Virus record (IMG/VR): IMGVR_UViG_3300046817_000857
Location: 1-50,966 of that record
Origin: a virus
Lineage: Duplodnaviria; Caudoviricetes
Length of the DNA stretch: 50,966 nt
Reading direction: 5' to 3' (one strand)
A program made the position numbers and the translations under genes. The notes under the pieces are model-generated. The model was given only the letters and a program-made list of their open reading frames with translations. It ran no database searches and was not told the origin of the DNA. How positions within the stretch are numbered: the stretch's first letter is position 1; every line of letters starts with the position of its first letter. This document shows positions 17,771 through 26,708 of the stretch, piece by piece.

Positions 17771-20700
17771 TTTCCATCTCCCACAGTCGTTTCAGGCATC
17801 GCACCGAGAATCGTCGCGGGGTAGGGCAGATTCTGCTGAATACAATAATTCCCCGCCGTGTCCCATTCCTGATCAATGATGGTCCGGCCATCCCCATTCA
17901 CGAGGTCGGTCACCTTTGCCACTCCCGTTGAGGTGGTCGGAACGTTCCCGAGGATGAAGTCCTTCATCGCCACAACCGTCGCGAAGGTCTTGCCGACCTG
18001 TAATCCCAATGTGTCCGCCACTCTCAACGTCAGCCCGGTGATTTTCTTCCGCTTTCCCTGCACCGTTGGCTCGCCCAGGTCCAGCGGTAAGGTCTGGAGT
18101 TGTGGGAGGTAGGCCAACCCTAGGGTAACCTTGGTGGCTGTTAGGCCCAAGGCTACAGTTCCTAAGGCTGAGACAGTATACGGCCCTACGGCCACGCCAT
18201 CTGCCACACCAACAACACTCTGACCGATCAGCTGGGTCAATCCACTCACGCTCGTAATCGGGGTCCATATAGTAAAACCTCCGTAGATAAGGAGACTTTG
18301 GTTGTTGTAATAATTAAAGACTGGCGGCGGCCGCACTACAACTGCATCAACCTGTTGTGCAGAAGTAAAAGAGGTTATCTTATATATTCCGCCGTTAGTT
18401 CGAACTATCCAATTGTTTGTGGCCATGGTAGAAGTAAAGGGAGCATGAGCAAACTCTTGGAAGGTCACAGGATTTCCCGCGGCACTTACATCGCCGAAGA
18501 TACTTAAGGGAGCAAGAAAGCTTAGCGCTGGCTGTGTTTGCAATGCGCAATCTACAGACCAAGAGTCCTCATAACCATATGAAAAGTAACGGTCAGCCAT
18601 GCGTTCGATGTAGGGAACGAGGGTGGAATCAGGCAACCGCCGTTCGACAAGAACATAAACTGCATCTACCACGTTACCAGTCCCAACAGTTTCAACTACC
18701 GAACACACCGATCGAAAGCTGCCAGAGGTATCATGATGGGCCCAACCGATAAGCTCTTGTTCTTTTACATACGCAAGGGAAAGCATCTGGCCATCGTTGC
18801 GAACTGCCCAAACGGTTTTGAATGGTTCCTCCGCCCAACACCAATCAAGGAGGTAATAATTAAAAAAGAGATGGTTGGAGAGGACGGAGATATCAGAGCC
18901 GGTGAAGAGTTGAGCATAGAGATTGTAGTTCAAACTCCGAACGTAGTTGCCCTTGTTGGTGGTATAAAGAGCATCGGTGTTGATCTTAATCGGGCGCAGG
19001 TCGTTGGTGCCGTTGAAGGACTGCGGTTGAGCAACGACGTTGGTCGGGGTTATTGGAACCTGCGTCGAGATACCGCCCCCGCCGTTGATAAGCCAGGCGC
19101 CCTTGCCGGTACCTGCGATGATACCGGTGGGCACCGGCAGCAACCAGCGAATATCATTCAACTCCTCGGAGACGATCGTGCCAGAGATTGCATCGTCATC
19201 TTGTGATGGGTTTGAGACGTTAAAGTTAAAAAAGCTTCCGGGCTGGGAGAAGTTGAACGATTGAATTGCCTGCAAGGAGCCAGCAAAGGCCAGCCGCTCT
19301 TGGATAAACCCTGGCACACCAGGATTCCCTGAACTAGCAGGGCCAATCACAGCTGTAGCCGCGGCTGCCCCAGCAGAGAAGGTCACGGCAGGAGCAGTAA
19401 CATAACCGTTCCCATCCATGACCGGTAGAATATCCTTCAAGCCCCAGGTGAAGCTGATGCCAAAAGAGCCACCGCTAGCATTAAACCCAACAAACCCAGC
19501 AGCGGTACAACCGCCAGGGCTTACAGGATTAGTCGGAGTAGAACCAACAGTGATCGATCCAGAGCTAATCGGGGATGCCCCAACGCTGGTAACTTCCCAA
19601 AATGAATGCCCACCTCCTGTGCCAATAAGAGCTGTGCCAGTGATGCGAAGTACAATTCCGTTTGAAAAAGTGAGCAGTGACCCGTTTGGATCTGGCCCAG
19701 TTGTGAGAATATCTTGATTTCCGGTCGCGTGCGTGATGGCGCCTACGACAGTGACCCCAAGTGATGCAATAGACGTTGCGGTCTGCCCACTCGGTGGTGC
19801 TGCGACGATCACGCCTGGAACAGTGGTATAGGTCCCAGCAGTTGTTACGTTATAGCTTGTAACCCCTGGGCCGATGAATGGATTCTCGATAATTGGCGGA
19901 GTTTGCGAGAAGTCAGCAACGATACCTGGATATGCCTCGTTGAAAACAGCAGTTGTGACATTGCCAACAAAACCATATTGCGCACCAGATGATGGCACAG
20001 AGCCATTGATTGGAAGGGTTTTGTAAACATTATAGCTAACCGCTCCGGTTACCGCTGTCCAGGTTACTTGGATAGTACCAACGGTTGTACCGATGTATAG
20101 CAAAGAGCTAAGGATCAACGCCACCGACGGCCCGCTTTCCTGGCCGTTTATATCCACGGCCGTGACACGATAGCCGTAAAACCAAGTCCCAGCACCGATG
20201 TTGGTCCCTGCGCCGTTTGCAAGGCCGGTTGGGGTGCCTATAGCTGGGCCAAAAGCCGCATTCACCAAAGTCCAGTTCGCCGCGGAGTTGATGGTCAAGA
20301 CCACAGGGGCATACGATGGATGGGTGATAATAAGTGAAGTTACGTCTTGAACAAACTTCAACCCGGGATTGCCCGTTGCAGCATTGGGAAAAAGGTCGTC
20401 GCGGTTGTACGGAGAGCTAATAAGGTATACGCGCTGAGCTACTCCACCTGAGGTATATGAACCAAAGGTAGTGGTATTAATAGGATTATCATTAAGATCG
20501 GTTAGAGTATAGGTATCAACGGTAAGAACTATGACTTTATAATAATTCCCGTTTAATTGAGTCATGCCTCCGACGCTGGAGATGAAAATACGTTGGCCGG
20601 TGACATAACCATGCGCAACGTCAGTAACAACGCCAGGATTGGCATTAGTTATGCCAGTGATAGCAGTTGCGGTTTCAAGTACAGAGGCACCATTAGTATA

Positions 20701-20964
20701 GAAGGCAATATAGTTTTGGCCAAATTCGAGAACATAGGAAAGATTTGAAGAGGGTTGAAACGGAATAAGACGGGAGCCAATGCCAAAGCCTTGATTGATA
20801 AACCTTGTTCCTTGTCGGGTCGACGCACCACCACCGGAGTAATCAACATAGAAATTGCGCATCAACGCAGCGCCAGAGTGGTATTTCTGGACATCCACCC
20901 GCGAACGGAGCTTCGGTGCCCACTCGCCGGAAGCAAAACTGGTTTTGATTGTTGGCTGTGCCAT
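17767..20964 (-). CDS. Tail tubular protein B / nozzle, with inserted FCCH-like and FN3-like domains
   Basis: SFASGEWAP.L..RVD..KY N-terminus, QERLAFAG, EQELIGWAHH; ITGITNANPGVVT..HG insert; WTAVTGAVSYNVY insert. Confidence 0.88.
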   Translation of the reverse strand: MAQPTIKTSFASGEWAPKLRSRVDVQKYHSGAALMRNFYVDYSGGGASTRQGTRFINQGFGIGSRLIPFQPSSNLSYVLEFGQNYIAFYTNGASVLETATAITGITNANPGVVTDVAHGYVTGQRIFISSVGGMTQLNGNYYKVIVLTVDTYTLTDLNDNPINTTTFGSYTSGGVAQRVYLISSPYNRDDLFPNAATGNPGLKFVQDVTSLIITHPSYAPVVLTINSAANWTLVNAAFGPAIGTPTGLANGAGTNIGAGTWFYGYRVTAVDINGQESGPSVALILSSLLYIGTTVGTIQVTWTAVTGAVSYNVYKTLPINGSVPSSGAQYGFVGNVTTAVFNEAYPGIVADFSQTPPIIENPFIGPGVTSYNVTTAGTYTTVPGVIVAAPPSGQTATSIASLGVTVVGAITHATGNQDILTTGPDPNGSLLTFSNGIVLRITGTALIGTGGGHSFWEVTSVGASPISSGSITVGSTPTNPVSPGGCTAAGFVGFNASGGSFGISFTWGLKDILPVMDGNGYVTAPAVTFSAGAAAATAVIGPASSGNPGVPGFIQERLAFAGSLQAIQSFNFSQPGSFFNFNVSNPSQDDDAISGTIVSEELNDIRWLLPVPTGIIAGTGKGAWLINGGGGISTQVPITPTNVVAQPQSFNGTNDLRPIKINTDALYTTNKGNYVRSLNYNLYAQLFTGSDISVLSNHLFFNYYLLDWCWAEEPFKTVWAVRNDGQMLSLAYVKEQELIGWAHHDTSGSFRSVCSVVETVGTGNVVDAVYVLVERRLPDSTLVPYIERMADRYFSYGYEDSWSVDCALQTQPALSFLAPLSIFGDVSAAGNPVTFQEFAHAPFTSTMATNNWIVRTNGGIYKITSFTSAQQVDAVVVRPPPVFNYYNNQSLLIYGGFTIWTPITSVSGLTQLIGQSVVGVADGVAVGPYTVSALGTVALGLTATKVTLGLAYLPQLQTLPLDLGEPTVQGKRKKITGLTLRVADTLGLQVGKTFATVVAMKDFILGNVPTTSTGVAKVTDLVNGDGRTIIDQEWDTAGNYCIQQNLPYPATILGAMPETTVGDGK

Positions 20965-22127
20965 CAGTACGGGCTGTACCCGGCTCCCCAGTCAAAGGAA
21001 AGGTTTGGAGAATACTCGAAGTTGGGCCCAACACCGTAGCCGCCACGAGTTCGAAGGAAGTCAGGAGTGACGTCGTTTACGGTAATGCCTTCGTTGCCAT
21101 CGGCTTTACGAGCTTCCATTATCATGTTATTAGCAAGCTGGATTTGCTGATTAGCCAAGGCCTTATCGCCCGAAAGCTGAAAGGTTAGTCGAGCAGCAAG
21201 AATATGAATCCAAGCATCTTGAAAGAGAGGATCCATTGTATTAGGATCAGTAACCTGTCCATTGTAACAAAGAATGGCCTGGGTTTGATTGCAGAGAATT
21301 ACTCGCTGGGAGATACCGGTAAAGCTCAAAATAAAGGTAGCCCCAGTACCATTGCTTGGGAGGGTAGTGATACTACTAACAGCACGACCTTGAGAAACAG
21401 GATTCGACTGCGCGGAGAAGTAGCTGCCGCCAAGAGGAGCAGATTCGCCCGAGACTTGATTAATGATGGCTATTGAAGTGATAGTTCCGCCAATTCCAAT
21501 ATCAGTGACTTCAAAAAGAGCAGGAGCCCCGGCATTCATAGTATAAGTCGTAAGACTTTGTGGTTGCCCAACTGGAGCAGAGTTTTGCACAAACGTATAG
21601 GTTGGCTGGGGAAGAAATATAATGTCGCCCACTTGGTAGTTAATCCCTGGGGATACAATCACAGCATTTACTACGCTGAGGAAGAAATCGGTGGCAACAA
21701 CAAACTTCAGTGCAGGACCTGTCCAGCCAGTTTGCCCTGCGCCGGTGACGGTCCCAGCGGGGTAGATCGGAACACCGCCTGCCTGGGTGGTGTACTGAGG
21801 GATAATCATCCTTGCACGGATGCAATCAGCAGGATATTGATACTCATACGACCAAGGTTGCGGAGGCAGACCGCGCTGCCAAAGTGGCGCACCTGCGGTG
21901 GGATTTTCTGGATTGCCTGGGATAGTCGAGATATAAACAAGTGGTGCCCACCTTGTTGTGCAATCCCAAGGAGCCATACGAATTAGATCGTCTCGAAGCT
22001 GAAACATGATAAGCTGACATTGGATCGCCTCGTTCGAGGTTTGGTTATTGAACTCAGCCTGGGTCATGTTTGTGCGTGAGCCCATGGCCTGCAACGCACG
22101 ATTAGCGATATCAAGATTAGTGGTCAT
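20964..22127 (-). CDS. Tail tubular protein A / adaptor with internal insertion
   Basis: LDIANRAL..MG, W.YEYQYPADC, DPLFQDA...LAARL. Longer than typical because of a beta-rich insert. Confidence 0.85.
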   Translation of the reverse strand: MTTNLDIANRALQAMGSRTNMTQAEFNNQTSNEAIQCQLIMFQLRDDLIRMAPWDCTTRWAPLVYISTIPGNPENPTAGAPLWQRGLPPQPWSYEYQYPADCIRARMIIPQYTTQAGGVPIYPAGTVTGAGQTGWTGPALKFVVATDFFLSVVNAVIVSPGINYQVGDIIFLPQPTYTFVQNSAPVGQPQSLTTYTMNAGAPALFEVTDIGIGGTITSIAIINQVSGESAPLGGSYFSAQSNPVSQGRAVSSITTLPSNGTGATFILSFTGISQRVILCNQTQAILCYNGQVTDPNTMDPLFQDAWIHILAARLTFQLSGDKALANQQIQLANNMIMEARKADGNEGITVNDVTPDFLRTRGGYGVGPNFEYSPNLSFDWGAGYSPY

Positions 22128-22139
22128 AGTTTAAGTTTT

Positions 22140-23327
22140 CTATGTTGGGGAAATAGTTGTTGTATTTGTACTTCCAATCGCACTCGCATTTACAGCTATA
22201 TGAATATTCGGTCCAACAACCCCTAGATCGGCGCCAGCACGCGTTGCTATCATATACTGATTGGCAGGGTTGCCATGGAGATATCCAACGTTTCCGATGA
22301 TGCTGAAAAGAGATGTGCTATCGATATCAGCAAAGATGTGCGCTCCCGCACTTCCGGTATTGTCGATGTTATCGCTAATACACATGTTCGTAATCCATCT
22401 GCCGTTGGCATCGTTTGGGACATAAATACCCCGTGATGTATTCGATGTTGTTTGCCCCTGGAATTCATTTCCATTGATTATGACGTTGCTTATAGAGCCA
22501 GTTGCTCCAGCCCGATTAAACTGAATCCCGGCAGCATTGTTGTTAGGAGCGCCGATACCTTCAATACTGTTCCCAATTATCATCACGAGGCTAGAAGTCG
22601 CCCCATTAGGGAGATTAAGAATAATCCCGCCTAACTGCGCAAACATCTTATTGTTGATAATCCTGGCTCCCCCTGACGTGTTCAAAATTATAGCTGTCCC
22701 ATTAGTTGGCGCAAACGTATTGCCATCAATACTATAATCGCCTGCATCAGTGTTGGTTGAATTTTGAACTATCAGTCCATTCCCTCCATTTGTTCCATAA
22801 GCGTCAAAAAGACATGCGCGTATGGTAAAATATACTGATCTATTAATTCCGATACATGTATCCGCATTACGGATATATAAATTATCAAACAAGCAATGTT
22901 GGGTATAACTTGCAGTAGCGCAACTCAAAGTAATTGCAGTTGTAGAAGCCGTAGCCGCTGACGGATAGGCAATCGCTAAATCCTTAAGTTCCACGCTAGC
23001 TAACGAAGCAAGAACGATATTGATACCATTGATCCCAACAGTCGGAATTATCACAGACGGCGGGGTGGTTTGGCCGCCTGCACCACATCCCATAAGCGTG
23101 ATCGGGCTGGTGACACTTAGAGCAGTGGTTATTTTGTACGTTCCAGTAGGGAAGAAAACGATTCCTCCCCCTGCTGATTGCGCGGCATTGATTGCGTTTT
23201 GAATTGGGGTGGTATCATCGGCAACGTTGTTGCCCACAGCGCCATAATTGTCTTTGACGTTGTACCATCCGCTTAACGAAGGTGCAGCAAAGATACCGTC
23301 CTGGCGAAGATAATTTGTCATTGTCAT
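22140..23327 (-). CDS. Tailspike-like right-handed beta-helix (pectate_lyase_3-like) depolymerase
   Basis: YNVKDNYGAVGNNVADDT.PIQNAINAA..GGGIVFFPTGTY and Asn ladders; visibly AT-richer DNA. Confidence 0.82.
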   Translation of the reverse strand: MTMTNYLRQDGIFAAPSLSGWYNVKDNYGAVGNNVADDTTPIQNAINAAQSAGGGIVFFPTGTYKITTALSVTSPITLMGCGAGGQTTPPSVIIPTVGINGINIVLASLASVELKDLAIAYPSAATASTTAITLSCATASYTQHCLFDNLYIRNADTCIGINRSVYFTIRACLFDAYGTNGGNGLIVQNSTNTDAGDYSIDGNTFAPTNGTAIILNTSGGARIINNKMFAQLGGIILNLPNGATSSLVMIIGNSIEGIGAPNNNAAGIQFNRAGATGSISNVIINGNEFQGQTTSNTSRGIYVPNDANGRWITNMCISDNIDNTGSAGAHIFADIDSTSLFSIIGNVGYLHGNPANQYMIATRAGADLGVVGPNIHIAVNASAIGSTNTTTISPT

Positions 23328-23875
23328 CCACCTACTACAATATAGCCAAAAGTTCGATCAACACGAGAGTTATTTGCATGGGTTACTACAAACTGCCCGG
23401 TTCCAGGGACGATTGAAGTTGTAGCCATGTCGTTTGCAGCATCCTGCGTTTGTGGAGAGAGGACCACAAAGCTTGATGTCGAGCAATTCGCTACTGTTAC
23501 AGTTGTAGTAGTTGCGTTTGCAGTAAGGGTAAATGTTCCTACGCTTCTAACGCCAGCACTCCATGTCATAGGCGTGCCTGCACCGGCAGAAGTCGGCACC
23601 TGTCCAGCAACGCTGGGCGTGACTGGCAGATAGAAATTAGAGTTGCCACTGACTGTTGATCCTGTCACAGCATACCATGTCGCTTGTCCTCCAGCAGCGC
23701 CAGTTACCGTTCCGCCCCCACCTCCACCACCGGAGAATGAAGTGAATGGCACCGCAGAAGGTGGAGCGGTGGTTAAACTTCCACAGACTGTATTTGGTGG
23801 AAACACACCATTGCATTGGGCCTGCGCCAAGCTGGGGGCAAGAAGCAGAGCGATGATAAGAAGGAGCTTTCTCAT
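23324..23875 (-). CDS. Signal-peptide fibre-like protein
   Basis: MRKLLLIIALLLAPSLAQA|QC, poly-Gly linker, fibre-type GQVPTSAGAGTPMTW. Confidence 0.75.
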   Translation of the reverse strand: MRKLLLIIALLLAPSLAQAQCNGVFPPNTVCGSLTTAPPSAVPFTSFSGGGGGGGTVTGAAGGQATWYAVTGSTVSGNSNFYLPVTPSVAGQVPTSAGAGTPMTWSAGVRSVGTFTLTANATTTTVTVANCSTSSFVVLSPQTQDAANDMATTSIVPGTGQFVVTHANNSRVDRTFGYIVVGG

Positions 23876-24300
23876 GATTGGTTTGTCCAGCCACGTAAGG
23901 TATTAGATGGATACAGAACGAAGCCGCCATAAGCGGAGGTGATTTGGATCGAGGGCAGGCCCATTATGGTTTCAGCCACAGAATTGGATTGGATTGTGAT
24001 TGGATTCGTACCACCATACCCACCAATGTCTACAATTCCGATCGAGTTCTTAGCATAGTTACCGGGGAGAACGCCTGCGGGCACAGTAGGGTCAATCGCA
24101 GAGGGTAAGATTATAATCACGTCCCCCGCGACGTTTACGTGGACGAGATTAGTACTTGGATCAAGGGTGTAGGTACCAGCGACGGTGATAGTAAAAAGGT
24201 TTCGCGCTGGGACTCGCACCCAACCTACACTAGGACCGAGATAGAAATCGACCCATTCGCGGGAAGTTCCGCCTTGATCAAGGTCCAGTTGGGAGGACAT
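23872..24300 (-). CDS. Hypothetical virion-associated protein (fibre-like beta domain)
   Basis: AGGAG SD; IIILPSA...IVDIGG...NPITI...ETIMG...YGGFVLYP resembles fibre C-terminal modules. Confidence 0.65.
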   Translation of the reverse strand: MSSQLDLDQGGTSREWVDFYLGPSVGWVRVPARNLFTITVAGTYTLDPSTNLVHVNVAGDVIIILPSAIDPTVPAGVLPGNYAKNSIGIVDIGGYGGTNPITIQSNSVAETIMGLPSIQITSAYGGFVLYPSNTLRGWTNQS

Positions 24301-24301
24301 C

Positions 24302-24568
24302 TTATACTCCTGGAGGTATAGGATTAGGTGTAGTGGGTAAAATAGCTTCGGCAAGCGCAACTAGTGATGCAGTGAGCGCAGCTAATTCGGCTCCATAAGT
24401 TTTAGCCGAGAAGCGATGTGCATCACTAGTTGAAATACCATCTCCACACCAGTCTGTTGCTTGAGCAACAGGCCACCGATTGAATGGCGCTTGACTCATG
24501 GTGGGCGCTGCGAAGCGGCACTCGTTTGCCGTGTGATAGAAAATACAAGTGCCGCAAGTATCGGCCAT
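24302..24568 (-). CDS. Small Cys-rich protein (CxxC..C..WCG)
   Basis: TCGTCIFY...ECRFAAP...WP.....DWCG, a probable metal-binding motif. Confidence 0.65.
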   Translation of the reverse strand: MADTCGTCIFYHTANECRFAAPTMSQAPFNRWPVAQATDWCGDGISTSDAHRFSAKTYGAELAALTASLVALAEAILPTTPNPIPPGV

Positions 24569-24570
24569 AA

Positions 24571-24765
24571 TCAGTGCCTTCCTTGCGATCCGCAGCAACC
24601 GTGGTTGGATCCACCGATCCCGACGCTCTGGCTCATCTGTCCAGACGGGCCCTTCGGTGGGGAGTAGGGAAGTTCCTTGGCCTGGGTTACCCCACCCGAC
24701 GACGCCGTGGGGCGTTGGTTGCTGGGGGAATCAGGGCCGTATTCAGAGAGGATATCCCGAGCCAT
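24571..24765 (-). CDS. Hypothetical protein
   Basis: GAGGAGG SD; packed operon. Confidence 0.65.
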   Translation of the reverse strand: MARDILSEYGPDSPSNQRPTASSGGVTQAKELPYSPPKGPSGQMSQSVGIGGSNHGCCGSQGRH

Positions 24766-24993
24766 TTATACCTCCTCGGTGCGCCGGAAGAACGGGGTGG
24801 GACTGGGTGTAGGAGTGGGCTTCTCGGCCTCAACTTTCTTTGCCACCGCATCGGCGTTCTCCTTGGCTGCGCCTTCTGCATGGACTTCGAGTTCACGCTG
24901 CGCAGCATCGGTCAGTGCCTTCAACCTCGGCCACTGGTGAGCCAGATCCGAAATCGAAAGCAACTTATGCACCGCATCCCAGTTAACACTCAT
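24766..24993 (-). CDS. Hypothetical protein
   Basis: GAGGAGG SD; packed operon. Confidence 0.65.
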   Translation of the reverse strand: MSVNWDAVHKLLSISDLAHQWPRLKALTDAAQRELEVHAEGAAKENADAVAKKVEAEKPTPTPSPTPFFRRTEEV

Positions 24994-25226
24994 GTATGCC
25001 TCCTCTGGCTTCCGCCGTGGTGGATGGTTTTCCCCGAGTCCTTCGGGGCCTCAAAGCCTCGACCGGCGTCCATGGAGATCGAGGAGCCGTGGAGGATCTT
25101 TCCGGTGTCGGTTGCGTGGTTGCCGAGGGCCTGGCCAATTTGACTCACGCCCGCAGGGGAGATTGCATGGGCTCGAGGCTCACGCTTCCCAGCGCTTACT
25201 GAGTTGTGTCCTGATCCTTGTCGCAT
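24990..25226 (-). CDS. Hypothetical protein
   Basis: AAGGAG SD; packed operon. Confidence 0.6.
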   Translation of the reverse strand: MRQGSGHNSVSAGKREPRAHAISPAGVSQIGQALGNHATDTGKILHGSSISMDAGRGFEAPKDSGKTIHHGGSQRRHT

Positions 25227-25600
25227 TCACCATTCTCCTTTGGTTTGGTTAGCAGCCGTGTGTGATCCCAGCGATTCTCGGGATCGGATGCCATGTCGCG
25301 GCGGACTTTGTTGAACGTCCCGCCTTCGGCATTTTGCTCCGTCATCAGCTGGCGGAAGCGGTCGTCACAGCGTTCCATTTCCCGGAGTTGGTGGACTGGA
25401 ACAACGTGACCGAGTTCTTCGTACATGTACTTAATGTCATGAAGATCGTGCATGTAGTTCATAAACCGCCGGATCTTCTCCGGGACTTCCTTCTCCGCCT
25501 CGCTGATGTAGAAGATCACCTTCACCATCATCTCACGGATCATCTTCATCTCGCGGGCGATGCGTTCGAGGGTTACTTCCTGGGGAGTGTCATCTGCCAT
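25196..25600 (-). CDS. Hypothetical protein
   Basis: TGATG stop/start overlap with the upstream gene. Confidence 0.7.
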   Translation of the reverse strand: MADDTPQEVTLERIAREMKMIREMMVKVIFYISEAEKEVPEKIRRFMNYMHDLHDIKYMYEELGHVVPVHQLREMERCDDRFRQLMTEQNAEGGTFNKVRRDMASDPENRWDHTRLLTKPKENGECDKDQDTTQ

Positions 25601-26103
25601 CAGACCCTACGCGTTTCCGGCTTCTTCGCCTGGAGTTCTGCGTTCTGCATCATAAGTTCGGCGAGTTGGGCTTGGAGGGCATCGAACTCCGCACGGCTGA
25701 CACCGGATTCGGTGACAGTCACGGCTGGCACCGGCATCTTGGAGGTAAGCTCCGCCAGTTGCTTCTCCAGCGAGCCCAGAAGGCTGGCGCTGAAGCCCTG
25801 ACCGGGGAGGGATTCGATCGGATGTTTCCAAGACGCAGCGTGCTGGGCAGAGATGGCCTCAGCCTCAGCGTCCAACGGATCCATCGCTGGGGTTGGGGTG
25901 CCTTCGAAGATCGAGTCGGTCGCCAGCCCCTTACCCTCAAGGCAGACTAACGTCTCAGCCTCGAAGTAAAAGGGGACTTTGAATCGCTTCCGCCGCTCAC
26001 GGCCATTGACTCGATCGGTTTCCTTGTACTCCCACTCGACCTCGTCGAGATCGGGCGGGCGGCCGTAGAGGTAGTGTGGTTCGGTTAGTTTCCAACGAGC
26101 CAT
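25600..26103 (-). CDS. Hypothetical protein with C-terminal coiled coil
   Basis: AAGGAG SD; ends ETRRV. Confidence 0.75.
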   Translation of the reverse strand: MARWKLTEPHYLYGRPPDLDEVEWEYKETDRVNGRERRKRFKVPFYFEAETLVCLEGKGLATDSIFEGTPTPAMDPLDAEAEAISAQHAASWKHPIESLPGQGFSASLLGSLEKQLAELTSKMPVPAVTVTESGVSRAEFDALQAQLAELMMQNAELQAKKPETRRV

Positions 26104-26708
26104 TGTGTTCTCCTTAGAGTAAGCAGGGCTAAAAGGCCAGCGGCGAAGAGTGGGAGCGCTGGAGGCAACGGGGTGACTGTCGGAGGATCGACTGCTGTGC
26201 CGGTCAGATCGGTGAATTTATTCTCCCAGCTATAGTAGATATCGTAGTCGGTCCAATTATCCAGGAGGCCATTTCCAAGGGCGCCGCCCCCGACCGAGAA
26301 CTGCAATTCGTTGTATTCGAACAAGAAGAAAAAACTCCAACTCTGCCCGTCCTGGGAAAGATTCCAAATGTGTCCTCCGGGAGTAGTAGCACTATTAAAA
26401 TTGGTGATGAGCGCCTCGGGGCCGGGAATGGTATAGTTCGAAGTGTCGACGGTGAGATTGTAGGCCGTAAGCACGCCGTCCACGACGTCGACTGTGCCGG
26501 TCAGTGATTCGGTCACGCTGGAAACCGTGCTGGGGGCACAACCGCTGGGAAGGCTACTGCATTGCGGATTGGGGGAATAGAAGTAATTCTCAAGATTCGC
26601 ATCGTAGAACTTGGTATGAAACACCCCGTCGATGTTCCAGGTCGCGGCATTTGCCTGTTCAAGGGACAGAAACAAAAAACAAGCTATTACAAGATTTCGA
26701 TAGGTCAT
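26085..26708 (-). CDS. Secreted protein with VPLPA/PEP-CTERM-type exosortase sorting signal
   Basis: Signal peptide (ANA|AT); C-terminal VTPLPPALPLFAAGLLALLTLRR (Pro motif, TM, Arg cluster). Confidence 0.75.
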   Translation of the reverse strand: MTYRNLVIACFLFLSLEQANAATWNIDGVFHTKFYDANLENYFYSPNPQCSSLPSGCAPSTVSSVTESLTGTVDVVDGVLTAYNLTVDTSNYTIPGPEALITNFNSATTPGGHIWNLSQDGQSWSFFFLFEYNELQFSVGGGALGNGLLDNWTDYDIYYSWENKFTDLTGTAVDPPTVTPLPPALPLFAAGLLALLTLRRTQWLVGN

